From Candidatus Kapaibacterium sp. (lineage in GTDB: Bacteria; Bacteroidota; Ignavibacteria; Kapaibacteriales; UBA2268): 64,000 bases of DNA. A model generated the notes under the pieces. The model was not told where the DNA came from, did no database searches, and saw nothing but the letters and a program-made list of their open reading frames with translations. The translations under genes were made by a program, and so were the position numbers. Shown piece after piece: positions 32,879 through 41,502 of the stretch (positions are counted from its first letter, which is position 1; each line of letters opens with the position of its first letter). The stretch lies in the NCBI GenBank assembly GCA_026418625.1, contig JAOABA010000022.1:10572-74571 (forward strand), in the 5' to 3' direction.

Positions 32879-33763
32879 CTAAGAATAAATAATTCTAAAA
32901 AGTGCTTCACGATATTTTTCTGCTGTTTTTTCGATTATTTCAGCAGGTAATTCAGGTGGTGGTGGTTGCTTGTTCCAATTAATGCTTTCGAGATAATCAC
33001 GGAGAATTTGTTTATCAAAATTATACTGTGGCTTTCCCGGAGCATAGTGTTCCTTTAACCAAAACCTTGATGAATCGGGAGTTAGGACTTCATCAATTAA
33101 AAGTAACTCATTATTTTCATCTAATCCGAATTCAAACTTAGTATCAGCAAGGATAAGATTGCTTTTCTCCAATTTTTCTGAAGCGAAATTGAAAATATCT
33201 ATTGAGATTTTGCTGACTTTTTCAGCTAATTCTTCTCCAATGAGCTTTTGCATTTCCTCGAAGGAAATATTTTGATCGTGTCCGCTTTCAGCCTTTGTTG
33301 ATGGAGTAAAAATCGGTGCCGGGATTTTCGAAAATTCAAGAAGACCGTTGGGAAGCCTTATTCCACATACTGTTTTCTTCTCTTTGTATTCCTTCCAACC
33401 GGAACCAGCAAGATAACCACGAACCACACATTCAACAGGTAAAGGATTGCATTTCCTAACAAGCATTGAACGACCTTCGAGTATCTCCCTATATGGCTTA
33501 CATTCTTCCGGATATTCAGATGGATTATCTGTAATAAAATGATTTTTGACTATATGAGCAGTATTCTTGAACCAATAGACAGAGATTTTTGTTAAAATCG
33601 AGCCTTTTTCAGGAACTGGCTGGTTCATAATTACATCAAAAGCTGAAATTCTGTCGCTCGCTATGAAAAGGAGATAGTCCCCTAAATCATAAACATCCCG
33701 GACTTTCCCCCTTTTCAAGAGTTTTAGCCCTTGCAACTCTGTATTGATTACTATTTTACTCAT
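32879..33763 (-). CDS. purC: Phosphoribosylaminoimidazole-succinocarboxamide synthase (SAICAR synthetase).
   Basis: 294 aa; N-terminus KRGKVRDVYDLGDYLLFIASDRISAFD. Confidence 0.88.
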   Translation of the reverse strand: MSKIVINTELQGLKLLKRGKVRDVYDLGDYLLFIASDRISAFDVIMNQPVPEKGSILTKISVYWFKNTAHIVKNHFITDNPSEYPEECKPYREILEGRSMLVRKCNPLPVECVVRGYLAGSGWKEYKEKKTVCGIRLPNGLLEFSKIPAPIFTPSTKAESGHDQNISFEEMQKLIGEELAEKVSKISIDIFNFASEKLEKSNLILADTKFEFGLDENNELLLIDEVLTPDSSRFWLKEHYAPGKPQYNFDKQILRDYLESINWNKQPPPPELPAEIIEKTAEKYREALFRIIYS

Positions 33764-33803
33764 CAGATTTAAATATAAATTTAAATCACAAATATATTAT
33801 TAT

Positions 33804-34679
33804 TTACTCAAATTCGTGAAGAATTTTTTTACAATAACTCTTATAATCAGAATTTGGTAAACTTTCTACGGTTGCTTTATATTTGTCAATGCTGATGAAA
33901 CCCTGTTGCAAAGCAATTTCCTCCAAACAAGCGATTTTTCTTCCCTGCCTTTGTTCAATAGCACGAATAAAAACACTTGCGTCAATCAAATTAGCCGGGG
34001 TTCCTGTGTCGAGCCAAGCTATACCACGCCCTATAATTTGAACATCTAATTCATTTGTTTCGAGGTAAGCTTTATGAACATCTGTGATTTCTATTTCGCC
34101 CCTTGCACTGGGTTTTAATTTTTCGGATATTTCGCAAACACGACTGTCAAAAATATAAAGTCCGGGAATAGCATAATTGGATTTTGGATTTTTTGGTTTT
34201 TCCTCTATACTAATTACTTTTCTGTCCTTGTTGAATTCAACAACTCCATAGCTTTCAGGGCTATCAACCCAATATGCAAAAATTGTTGCACCATTGTTGC
34301 TGTCGAGTGCTTCACGGAAAAATGTCAGCTTCCCATAGAAAAGATTATCCCCGAGAATTAAGCAAACTTGGTCATTACCAATAAATTCCTTTCCTAATAT
34401 AAAAGCTTGAGGTAAACCACCCGGATATGGCTGAACTTTATAATGCAGGTTAACGCCCCATTGACTACCATCACCTAATAGTTTCTGATAATTTGGTGTA
34501 TCTTCTGGTGTTGAAATAATCAAAATATCTTTGATATGTCCAAGCATCAGAATAGCAAGGGGATAATAAATCATTGGTTTATCGTAAACGGGTTGCAACT
34601 GCTTACTAAAAGCACTTGTCATTGGATAAAGCCTTGTCCCCTTGCCACCAGCAAGTATTATACCTTTTGTGTATTTCAT
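33804..34679 (-). CDS. rfbA: Glucose-1-phosphate thymidylyltransferase.
   Basis: GIILAGGKGTRLYPMTSAFSKQLQPVYDKPMIYYPL matches the RmlA N-terminus; 291 aa. Confidence 0.88.
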   Translation of the reverse strand: MKYTKGIILAGGKGTRLYPMTSAFSKQLQPVYDKPMIYYPLAILMLGHIKDILIISTPEDTPNYQKLLGDGSQWGVNLHYKVQPYPGGLPQAFILGKEFIGNDQVCLILGDNLFYGKLTFFREALDSNNGATIFAYWVDSPESYGVVEFNKDRKVISIEEKPKNPKSNYAIPGLYIFDSRVCEISEKLKPSARGEIEITDVHKAYLETNELDVQIIGRGIAWLDTGTPANLIDASVFIRAIEQRQGRKIACLEEIALQQGFISIDKYKATVESLPNSDYKSYCKKILHEFE

Positions 34680-34682
34680 AAA

Positions 34683-35123
34683 TTAATTAATAATAAATAC
34701 AACATTCATTGAAGTATTACCAGTCAAAGTATCACGAAGATGTAATCGGACATCTCCAGGCTTACGATATAAATTTTTTGGAACACTAGCTGTAATTACA
34801 GTTGCTAAAGTATCTGAATTGGAAACCAATTGCTGTGTATCCCAATAAACAACCGTGTTGCGAGTTCCATTCTGGACATTGAACCATAATGCTGATTCTC
34901 CATTTTCCTGCACGTTGAAATCCTGACCGGCTTTAGTAAAGTTTGGACCCCAATTAAGAATAACAATAGGACCTTCGGGTTTCTTTGCGGTTACTTCTTT
35001 TTTTGCAACTGTGTCTTTTGTTTCTTGTGGTTTTTCTCCGCTTTGTTGGTTGCAAGAAGACAACCATAAGCTAAACATCAAGATAAAAGCAAGTTTTGAT
35101 AATAATTTCATAGATAACTCCAA
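34683..35123 (-). CDS. Hypothetical lipoprotein.
   Basis: Signal peptide with lipobox LSSC. No recognisable domain. Confidence 0.45.
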   Translation of the reverse strand: MELSMKLLSKLAFILMFSLWLSSCNQQSGEKPQETKDTVAKKEVTAKKPEGPIVILNWGPNFTKAGQDFNVQENGESALWFNVQNGTRNTVVYWDTQQLVSNSDTLATVITASVPKNLYRKPGDVRLHLRDTLTGNTSMNVVFIIN

Positions 35124-35127
35124 TAAA

Positions 35128-35652
35128 TTAATGAACAGGTTTTAAATTTGTTTTTCTAATTTTTTTAATAATAAAAATTGTTGCTGCTAAAACATAAAAT
35201 GGCAGCTCAATTAATAGAGCGTGAAAAGAAAATTTTAGCATTTCTTTTGGATTGTGCCAACCGGGGCTATATTCCGAAACTGATGGAAATAAATTAAATA
35301 ATAAGATATTTTGATTGATGAGGGGCCAGAAAAAAGCAACCCCCATACCGTTAGAAGGATTGGTATCCATCATTGCATCGAGCAATAAATGACTTAAACC
35401 CCCGATTAACATACCAATAAAAACATTCTTCTTAATTTCTTTTTTTGTGAAAAGATAGCCTAATAAACTAATCAGTAGAACGAAGAAAATATTATGCGTT
35501 ACAACACGATGAATCTCGTTAAACCAAGGGAACGGAAGAAAAATAAAATCAAAATCTACCAATAAAGCAGCTATAAAGGCAGAAAGGACTGTTGCCTTAG
35601 AGGCTTTTGCCGTTAAAATATAAGAAACCGATATGTGACCTATTGGTGTCAT
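35128..35652 (-). CDS. Membrane-bound metal-dependent hydrolase (DUF457/YdjM-like).
   Basis: 174 aa and polytopic. His/Asp motifs (VTHNIFF, SHLLLDAMMD) typical of this family. The start overlaps the stop of the upstream methyltransferase. Confidence 0.5.
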   Translation of the reverse strand: MTPIGHISVSYILTAKASKATVLSAFIAALLVDFDFIFLPFPWFNEIHRVVTHNIFFVLLISLLGYLFTKKEIKKNVFIGMLIGGLSHLLLDAMMDTNPSNGMGVAFFWPLINQNILLFNLFPSVSEYSPGWHNPKEMLKFSFHALLIELPFYVLAATIFIIKKIRKTNLKPVH

Positions 35653-36335
35653 TATTTAATCTTTTCTAAAACTCTATCTATAAAACTTTGCAGAGATTCT
35701 TCGTTTACCTTAACAAACATTAGTTCCCAACCATAAAAGTAGCCTTTCTGCAAAGTAAATTCTTTCTTTAGAACCTTTGCTATAAACTGAAGTTCACTAT
35801 TTGTTAAATGAGTAATGTTGTAATCATCAAGCGAAAAATTATCCGATAGCCAAGTCCAATCGTCGGGCCACTCCCTCATATTAACCAAATCAAAACCATT
35901 TCGATTCATTAATGCGATAAAACTTCCACGAGTAAATTGCTGAATATGCCCACCACCATCAGGATGTATCAAACGGTAAAGCCTATCTGTAATATTTGTC
36001 GAATCAGGAATTCCAATATGAGCAAGACCACCCATTTTAAGAATATGATTGATTGAATAAGCAAGCTCTTCAGGCTCTTTGACGTGCTCGAAAATATTAT
36101 CCGCAACGACCAAATCATATTTGTTTTTTAGTTCTGCTTTATTATAAAGCTTTGTTACATCTTCCTGAAAGAAATTGAAATTATCCCGATTGTGATTTGG
36201 CGGGAAGAATAAATCATAACCATCAATCACACAATTTTCAGGAAGCTTATCATACCATTCCGATCCTTTGGCTCCGCAGCCAAGGTCAGCTATAAGCCAG
36301 CCTTCCTGAACAATTTCCTCGAAAAATAATTCCAT
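35652..36335 (-). CDS. Class I SAM-dependent methyltransferase.
   Basis: Motif I IADLGCGAKG and a VVADNIFEHV post-I region; 227 aa. Confidence 0.7.
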   Translation of the reverse strand: MELFFEEIVQEGWLIADLGCGAKGSEWYDKLPENCVIDGYDLFFPPNHNRDNFNFFQEDVTKLYNKAELKNKYDLVVADNIFEHVKEPEELAYSINHILKMGGLAHIGIPDSTNITDRLYRLIHPDGGGHIQQFTRGSFIALMNRNGFDLVNMREWPDDWTWLSDNFSLDDYNITHLTNSELQFIAKVLKKEFTLQKGYFYGWELMFVKVNEESLQSFIDRVLEKIK

Positions 36336-36401
36336 TAATGATTACTTTATTACCAAAAACTTTTGCAAAAACTTATTTATCAAAAAATTATTTTGATTTT
36401 T

Positions 36402-37754
36402 TTAATTAGAAATTCTTTTTTCAATTTTTTCAAGATAAGATTCAATGCTATTAATCAGAGTTTGTTTCTGAACCTCTTTTTCAATATTTACAGTTTCGAT
36501 GTTTTTAATATTCTCCTGTTGTAAGCTGATTATTTCATCTTTTGAAATAAGCAAATCCTGTAATTCAGATATCTTAGCGTTCAATGAATCCCTTTGGGCT
36601 ATTAATGTTGTCTTCTCCTTTAAAGCTGAGAATAGTTTATTTTCCAGATTAAGTTTTTCATTACTCAATAGTTTCAGCTGACTCTCTTTTTCTGAAATTT
36701 TTGACTGTAATTGAACAATTTCATTTTGCATTCTGTGAAATTCTGCCTGATATTGCTTGAACTCAATCAATTTTGCCTCGATTTCTTTCTTATCCGATTC
36801 AATCTGCTTAATTTTTTCTTCGTAGTCATTGATTTTCGTTAAATCTTCGCTTAATGACTTAATCTTTTCGTTTAAATCATTAATAATTTCATCCTTCTGC
36901 GAAATTTCCTTTTGAAGTTCTTCAATTTTGATATTTAGGTTATCCTTTTCATTCAATTTTATTTCAAGTTCGGAAATATTTTCTTTTAAACTTTTTTCTT
37001 CGGATAATTTTTCCTCATATTTATTTTTTAATTCAAAAAGTTCTTTTTCGACTTCAGATAGTGTGTTTTTTAATTCATTTAATCTTGCGTCTTTAACTTC
37101 TATTTCGCTTCTAAGTTCATCTTCTGTGTTCTTATATGACTCAATTTCTTCATTCAGTCGGAGAATTTCAGATTCGTAACTGCTTTTAATTTGATTGAGT
37201 TCCTCTTTAGCTTTTTCGAGTTCTTCTTCGTTTGCTATGTTTACTGAACTCAATTCATTAATTCTTGTGGAAAATTCCTCGAACCTATATTCATTATTCT
37301 TATATTCAGCCAATAGATTTTTTAGCTCCAAAATTTCCTGATTCAGACTGTTTATGATATGATTCTTTTCGATAATGTCATTCTGGGCAATTTTCAATTC
37401 TTCTTGTAATTTTTCGGAAATGTCAGATTCAATCTTCTGATTTAGCTCTGAAACAAGTTTTTCAAGTTCTGAATTTTTTTCGGTCAGATTGTTTATTACT
37501 TTTTGAAGCTCATCAACCTTGAATGAATAATAGGATTCTTTCTCACTTTGAACATTTTCGCTTTCAAAATCGAAGAAATAATTTTTTGATTCCTTTGGAA
37601 TTTTCCTCAACTTATCGTTTTCTTCACGTAAGTAGCGGATTAATTCGGCAGACATATTAATAAAATGCCATAAATTATTAACCGCAGTCTGAATGGACTG
37701 ACTCGGTTTTAATTCCTCTTCTTCAATGTTATCAAACATTCTGTGATTTTCCAT
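36402..37754 (-). CDS. Long coiled-coil protein of unknown function.
   Basis: 450 aa with a continuous E/K/L/N-rich heptad-like sequence after an ~50-aa N-terminal head. Confidence 0.55.
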   Translation of the reverse strand: MENHRMFDNIEEEELKPSQSIQTAVNNLWHFINMSAELIRYLREENDKLRKIPKESKNYFFDFESENVQSEKESYYSFKVDELQKVINNLTEKNSELEKLVSELNQKIESDISEKLQEELKIAQNDIIEKNHIINSLNQEILELKNLLAEYKNNEYRFEEFSTRINELSSVNIANEEELEKAKEELNQIKSSYESEILRLNEEIESYKNTEDELRSEIEVKDARLNELKNTLSEVEKELFELKNKYEEKLSEEKSLKENISELEIKLNEKDNLNIKIEELQKEISQKDEIINDLNEKIKSLSEDLTKINDYEEKIKQIESDKKEIEAKLIEFKQYQAEFHRMQNEIVQLQSKISEKESQLKLLSNEKLNLENKLFSALKEKTTLIAQRDSLNAKISELQDLLISKDEIISLQQENIKNIETVNIEKEVQKQTLINSIESYLEKIEKRISN

Positions 37755-37791
37755 TTATGTAATTTAATTTTTTACCAATAATTTTGATAAA

Positions 37792-40227
37792 TCAGATAGC
37801 TCTTAATTTAGCGTTAAATTTCTTCTCAACTTTGCCAATTATATTGTCAATAACAGTTGTGATTTCTTTTTCTTCGAGAGTGTGATCTTCAGAATTAAAT
37901 ACCATCGAGAAGGCAATGCTTTTCGTCCCTTCAGGAATATTTTTTCCTTTATATAAATCGAAAATTTCAAGGCTTTTTAGCAGTTTTCCACCTTCTTTAA
38001 TTATCTCTTCATACAATAAGTTGGCAGGTAGATTATCCTCCACAAGAAAAGCTAAATCCCTTAGAACCGGTGGATAAGGCGAAACCTTTTGATATTTGTT
38101 TTCCTTTTGCTCAATTTTTCTTAGCTCCGTCAGATTCAGCCTTAAAATGTAAACTGGATGTCTAATATCATATTTTTGCTGAAATTCCTTACTGATTTCT
38201 CCAATTTCACCAATTATTTTCTCATTTAAATAAATAGCAAGATGATTAGCGTTGAAAATCTTGCTCTGTCCATTCGAATTATTTAGTATCAAAGTTCCGA
38301 GATTGAAGAAATTCTTTAAATCTTCAAAAATTCCTTTTATATCATAAAAATCTACTAATCTTGGTTTTTCGTCCCATCGAGTAGGTGATATTTCGCCCGA
38401 AATAGCAACCATAAGCTCTTCGATTTCCAGCACATTATGAATGAATTCATCAGCTGACTCAGTCCTGTGGAAAGACTTGCCAATTTCGAAAATCCGAATA
38501 TTTGAGGTTCCAAGAGCATTATTCCTTCCAATTGTTTTCAGAAATGAGGGAACGAGGGAAGTCCTCATCATTGACAATTGTTCACCTAAAGGATTCGAAA
38601 TTTTGAATGGAGTCTCGCCCATTATCTCGGCTGACTCAGGATCAACAATGTTTTGTGTTATGACCTCATTAAATCCCGAATAAGTCAAAAATCTTTTAAT
38701 CTTTTCCCTGAATGGATTAACCTGCAATTTCTCAGGAACTCCTTTTCCTGAAAAATCAATATTGCTCGTAAAGTCAGGAGAAAGGTTATCATAATTATAT
38801 AACCTTGCAATTTCTTCAATTAAATCAATTTCGAGCGATATGTCAACACGGTAATTTGGAATTTCAACCTGAATTTGGTTTGCATCCTCCGATATAATAT
38901 TAATGCCAAGTGATTTTAGCAGAGATTTAATCGTTTCATTTGATATTTCCAAGCCAATAATGTCCTTAGCTCTTTGAAATCTTAAATTTATGACTGGTTT
39001 GGCTTTTTTGACAGGGTAAACATCCATTACACCGCTTTCAGGTTCACCTCCGCAAATTTCTGCAATGAGTTGAGTGGCTCTGTTCGAAGCATAAATGATA
39101 TTATCAATATCAACACCTCGCTCGAAGCGATATGATGACTCGCTTTGTATTCCAAGCTTTTTCGATGTCCGCCTAATGGAGGAGGGATTGAAATAAGCTG
39201 ATTCGATAAGAACATTAGTTGTATTGTCGTTAATCTCGCTGTTTAACCCACCCATAACACCACCGATTGCAACAGACCTTTCGCCGTCACATATCATTAA
39301 AACAGAACTGTCAAGTTGTCGCTCAGTGTTGTCAAGAGTAATAAATTTTTCAGCGTCATTCGCTGATTTAACAATTATCTTATTCCCTTTCAGCAAATCT
39401 AAATCAAAAGCGTGAAGTGGCTGCCCGCATTCGAGCAATATATAATTCGTTATATCAACTACATTGTTAATAGGTCTTTGCCCTAACATTTTCAATCTGT
39501 TTTTGAGCCATTGAGGTGATTCGCTTACCTTTACATTTCGTATAACCCTTGCAGTATAACGTGGGCAATTCTCAACATCAATAATTTCAACACTGACTGA
39601 GTCCTCTGATTTAGTGTCAGCTTCATTAAAATTAATTTTGGGGTATTTAATTGGAACTTCTTTTCCAAAATTATATGAAATATAAGCCGCTATCTCTCTT
39701 GCAATACCGATATGGCTCAAACAATCGGAGCGGTTTGGTGTTATTCCGACTTCAAATACGATATCATTTACTCCAAGATAATCCGCAAGGCTAATTCCAT
39801 CAGTTACTTCTTGCGGTAAAACCCAAATTCCGCTTTTATCTTCGCCCAGACCAAGCTCATATTCCGAACAAATCATACCTTCGGAAACAATGTTTCTAAC
39901 TGGTCTGGTTTCGAGCTTTAAGCCATTTACAGGAACGATGGCTCCGGGCAGACCCAAAATAACAGATTGACCTGCAGCGACATTCGATGCTCCACAAACA
40001 ACAGTTCTAACATCTTCGTTTATTTTAACCTTGCAAACGGATAATTTGTCGGCATTTGGATGTTTCTCCTTTTCCAATACCTTAGCCGTAAAAAAACCTT
40101 GATATTTCTCTGCATAATTTTCAACAGCATCTATCTCAAGCCCGAGCATTGTCAATATATCAGAAAGCTCGGAAACACTGAAATCAAAGTCTATTAATTC
40201 TCTAAGCCAATTATAAGAAACAAGCAT
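37792..40227 (-). CDS. pheT: Phenylalanine--tRNA ligase beta subunit.
   Basis: 811 aa; the N-terminus MLVSYNWLRELIDFDFSVSELSDILTMLGLE and the B3/4, B5 and FDX-ACB domain order. Confidence 0.92.
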   Translation of the reverse strand: MLVSYNWLRELIDFDFSVSELSDILTMLGLEIDAVENYAEKYQGFFTAKVLEKEKHPNADKLSVCKVKINEDVRTVVCGASNVAAGQSVILGLPGAIVPVNGLKLETRPVRNIVSEGMICSEYELGLGEDKSGIWVLPQEVTDGISLADYLGVNDIVFEVGITPNRSDCLSHIGIAREIAAYISYNFGKEVPIKYPKINFNEADTKSEDSVSVEIIDVENCPRYTARVIRNVKVSESPQWLKNRLKMLGQRPINNVVDITNYILLECGQPLHAFDLDLLKGNKIIVKSANDAEKFITLDNTERQLDSSVLMICDGERSVAIGGVMGGLNSEINDNTTNVLIESAYFNPSSIRRTSKKLGIQSESSYRFERGVDIDNIIYASNRATQLIAEICGGEPESGVMDVYPVKKAKPVINLRFQRAKDIIGLEISNETIKSLLKSLGINIISEDANQIQVEIPNYRVDISLEIDLIEEIARLYNYDNLSPDFTSNIDFSGKGVPEKLQVNPFREKIKRFLTYSGFNEVITQNIVDPESAEIMGETPFKISNPLGEQLSMMRTSLVPSFLKTIGRNNALGTSNIRIFEIGKSFHRTESADEFIHNVLEIEELMVAISGEISPTRWDEKPRLVDFYDIKGIFEDLKNFFNLGTLILNNSNGQSKIFNANHLAIYLNEKIIGEIGEISKEFQQKYDIRHPVYILRLNLTELRKIEQKENKYQKVSPYPPVLRDLAFLVEDNLPANLLYEEIIKEGGKLLKSLEIFDLYKGKNIPEGTKSIAFSMVFNSEDHTLEEKEITTVIDNIIGKVEKKFNAKLRAI

Positions 40228-40322
40228 AAAAAAATAATATAAGTAATTAAAAGAATTGCAAATTAGTCAATTTAGATGAAATTTTTATTACCAAATTCCT
40301 CCAAGAAAAAATTGGGAATAAA

Positions 40323-40531
40323 TTTACTATGTCCGTCTTGGTGATTGGGTGGGGAAGTTTGTCAAAATTGAATAGCAACTACTTTCAAGTAGTGGAGAAA
40401 TAAATCATTTTTAAAGGTGCTTTACTGTAGAAACAACATCCCAGTCTGTGCAACAAAAGATGTCCTACACCTTTGAGGTGTAGGACATCTGAAAAATAGC
40501 TTTTTTGTCACTCTGAACGAAGTGAAGAGTC
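40323..40531 (+). repeat. Copy 1 of a ~205-bp hairpin-rich dispersed intergenic element (R element).
   Basis: About 90% identical to 40733-40936. It contains the 13-bp stem hairpin GATGTCCTACACC-TTTGA-GGTGTAGGACATC (40459-40489) and the hairpin ACTACTT-TCA-AGTAGT. Confidence 0.85.
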
Positions 40532-40663
40532 AATAATAATTCAATGACTTATGTGATATGGATTCTTCGCCTTCGGCTCCTAATAACTCCTTTTTACACA
40601 GCCTCGCATACAGGAATCTGAATTCATGATTTTCAACATCCTTTGCGAATTTGTTTTATCCAT

Positions 40664-40687
40664 AGAGACACAGAATTCTGTGTCTCT
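40664..40687. repeat. Perfect 24-bp palindrome between the two R-element copies.
   Basis: AGAGACACAGAA|TTCTGTGTCTCT, read directly from the sequence. Confidence 0.85.
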
Positions 40688-40732
40688 ACAGAGGATTGAT
40701 GTTTCAAATTTGCCATCAGGGCTTTACTATGT

Positions 40733-40936
40733 CCGTCTTCATGATTGGGTGGGGAAGTTTGTCAAAATTGAATAGCCACTACTTTTAAGTAGTGGAGAAA
40801 AAAATCATTTTTAAAGGTGCTTTCCGTTAGAACAGACTCCTCTTTCCGTGCAAAAAAGATGTCCTACACCTCTAAGGTGTAGGACATCTGAATAAATAGT
40901 ATTTTCGTAACACTTCACTTCGTTCAGAGTGACAAA
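40733..40936 (+). repeat. Copy 2 of the R element.
   Basis: Same order of motifs as copy 1. The hairpin at 40858-40888 keeps the identical 13-bp stem but carries a different loop (TCTAA). The terminal 21-nt segment (40913-40933) is the exact reverse complement of 40507-40527 in copy 1. Confidence 0.85.
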
Positions 40937-40970
40937 GAATCATTTTTTATACTTTTTACACAGCCTAAGA

Positions 40971-41195
40971 GGCAGGAGTTTTAGAGAATACAAAAGATTC
41001 CTGTTTGCACAGGAATGACGATGATTTTGACGGTGTCACTCCTGCGAAGGCAGGAGTTTTAAAGAACACAAAAGATTCCTGTTTGCACAGGAATGACGAT
41101 GATTTTGACGGTGTCACTCCTGCGAAGGCAGGAGTCTTAGAGTAATGAAGAGATTCCTGTCTCCACAGGAATGACAGGGAAGTTGGGGAAATCTC
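40971..41195 (+). repeat. Tandem direct repeat: 78-bp unit x 2.7, each unit with two hairpins.
   Basis: Units begin at 40971, 41049 and 41127 (GGCAGGAGTTTTAGAG...). The inner hairpin ATTCCTGT-TTGC-ACAGGAAT and the unit-junction hairpin CACTCCTGC-GAAG-GCAGGAGT(G) are both present. The third unit is diverged, with loop CTCC on a conserved stem. Confidence 0.85.
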
Positions 41196-41209
41196 TTAAT
41201 TAACAGTTA

Positions 41210-41500
41210 TTATTCTCCAAGAAGATATCTTGTAATTTCTTCCCATTCCTCTTCGAAAGTAGTTTTTGGTTTTGGACGTCCTGCAATGGAATACCAATAG
41301 GATGCATTCCATTCATTGGGCTCTTTTCTGTGAAGATAGGCATGAACCCAAGCAGCAGTTTTCGTATTCATTGCTTGAACAATATTATGAGCCTTGTCCC
41401 AGTTTCCTTGTGCTTCAAACCAAAGTGCCACGAGTTCTTTGCTAATTCCCGCTGGTGGATTTTCTTGATTTAATGTAGATTTAAATTCCTCAAATGTCAT
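41210..41500 (-). CDS. Hypothetical small protein (96 aa).
   Basis: The ORF begins 2 nt after the ispD stop and is Trp/His-rich. No recognisable family; coding status is plausible from operon context only. Confidence 0.4.
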   Translation of the reverse strand: MTFEEFKSTLNQENPPAGISKELVALWFEAQGNWDKAHNIVQAMNTKTAAWVHAYLHRKEPNEWNASYWYSIAGRPKPKTTFEEEWEEITRYLLGE

Positions 41501-41502
41501 AA

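Noticed and set aside
40323-40531. The GATTGGGTGGGG segment in the R element was considered as a T-box leader regulating pheT.
   Set aside because: It lies on the wrong strand relative to pheT. It has only weak similarity to the T-box consensus. The same element occurs after nuoB, where no aminoacyl-tRNA synthetase gene is present.
40971-41195. The 78-bp direct repeats were considered as a possible CRISPR array.
   Set aside because: The whole 78-bp unit repeats. There are no unique spacers, the repeat length is outside the 24-48-bp CRISPR range, and no cas genes are in the window.
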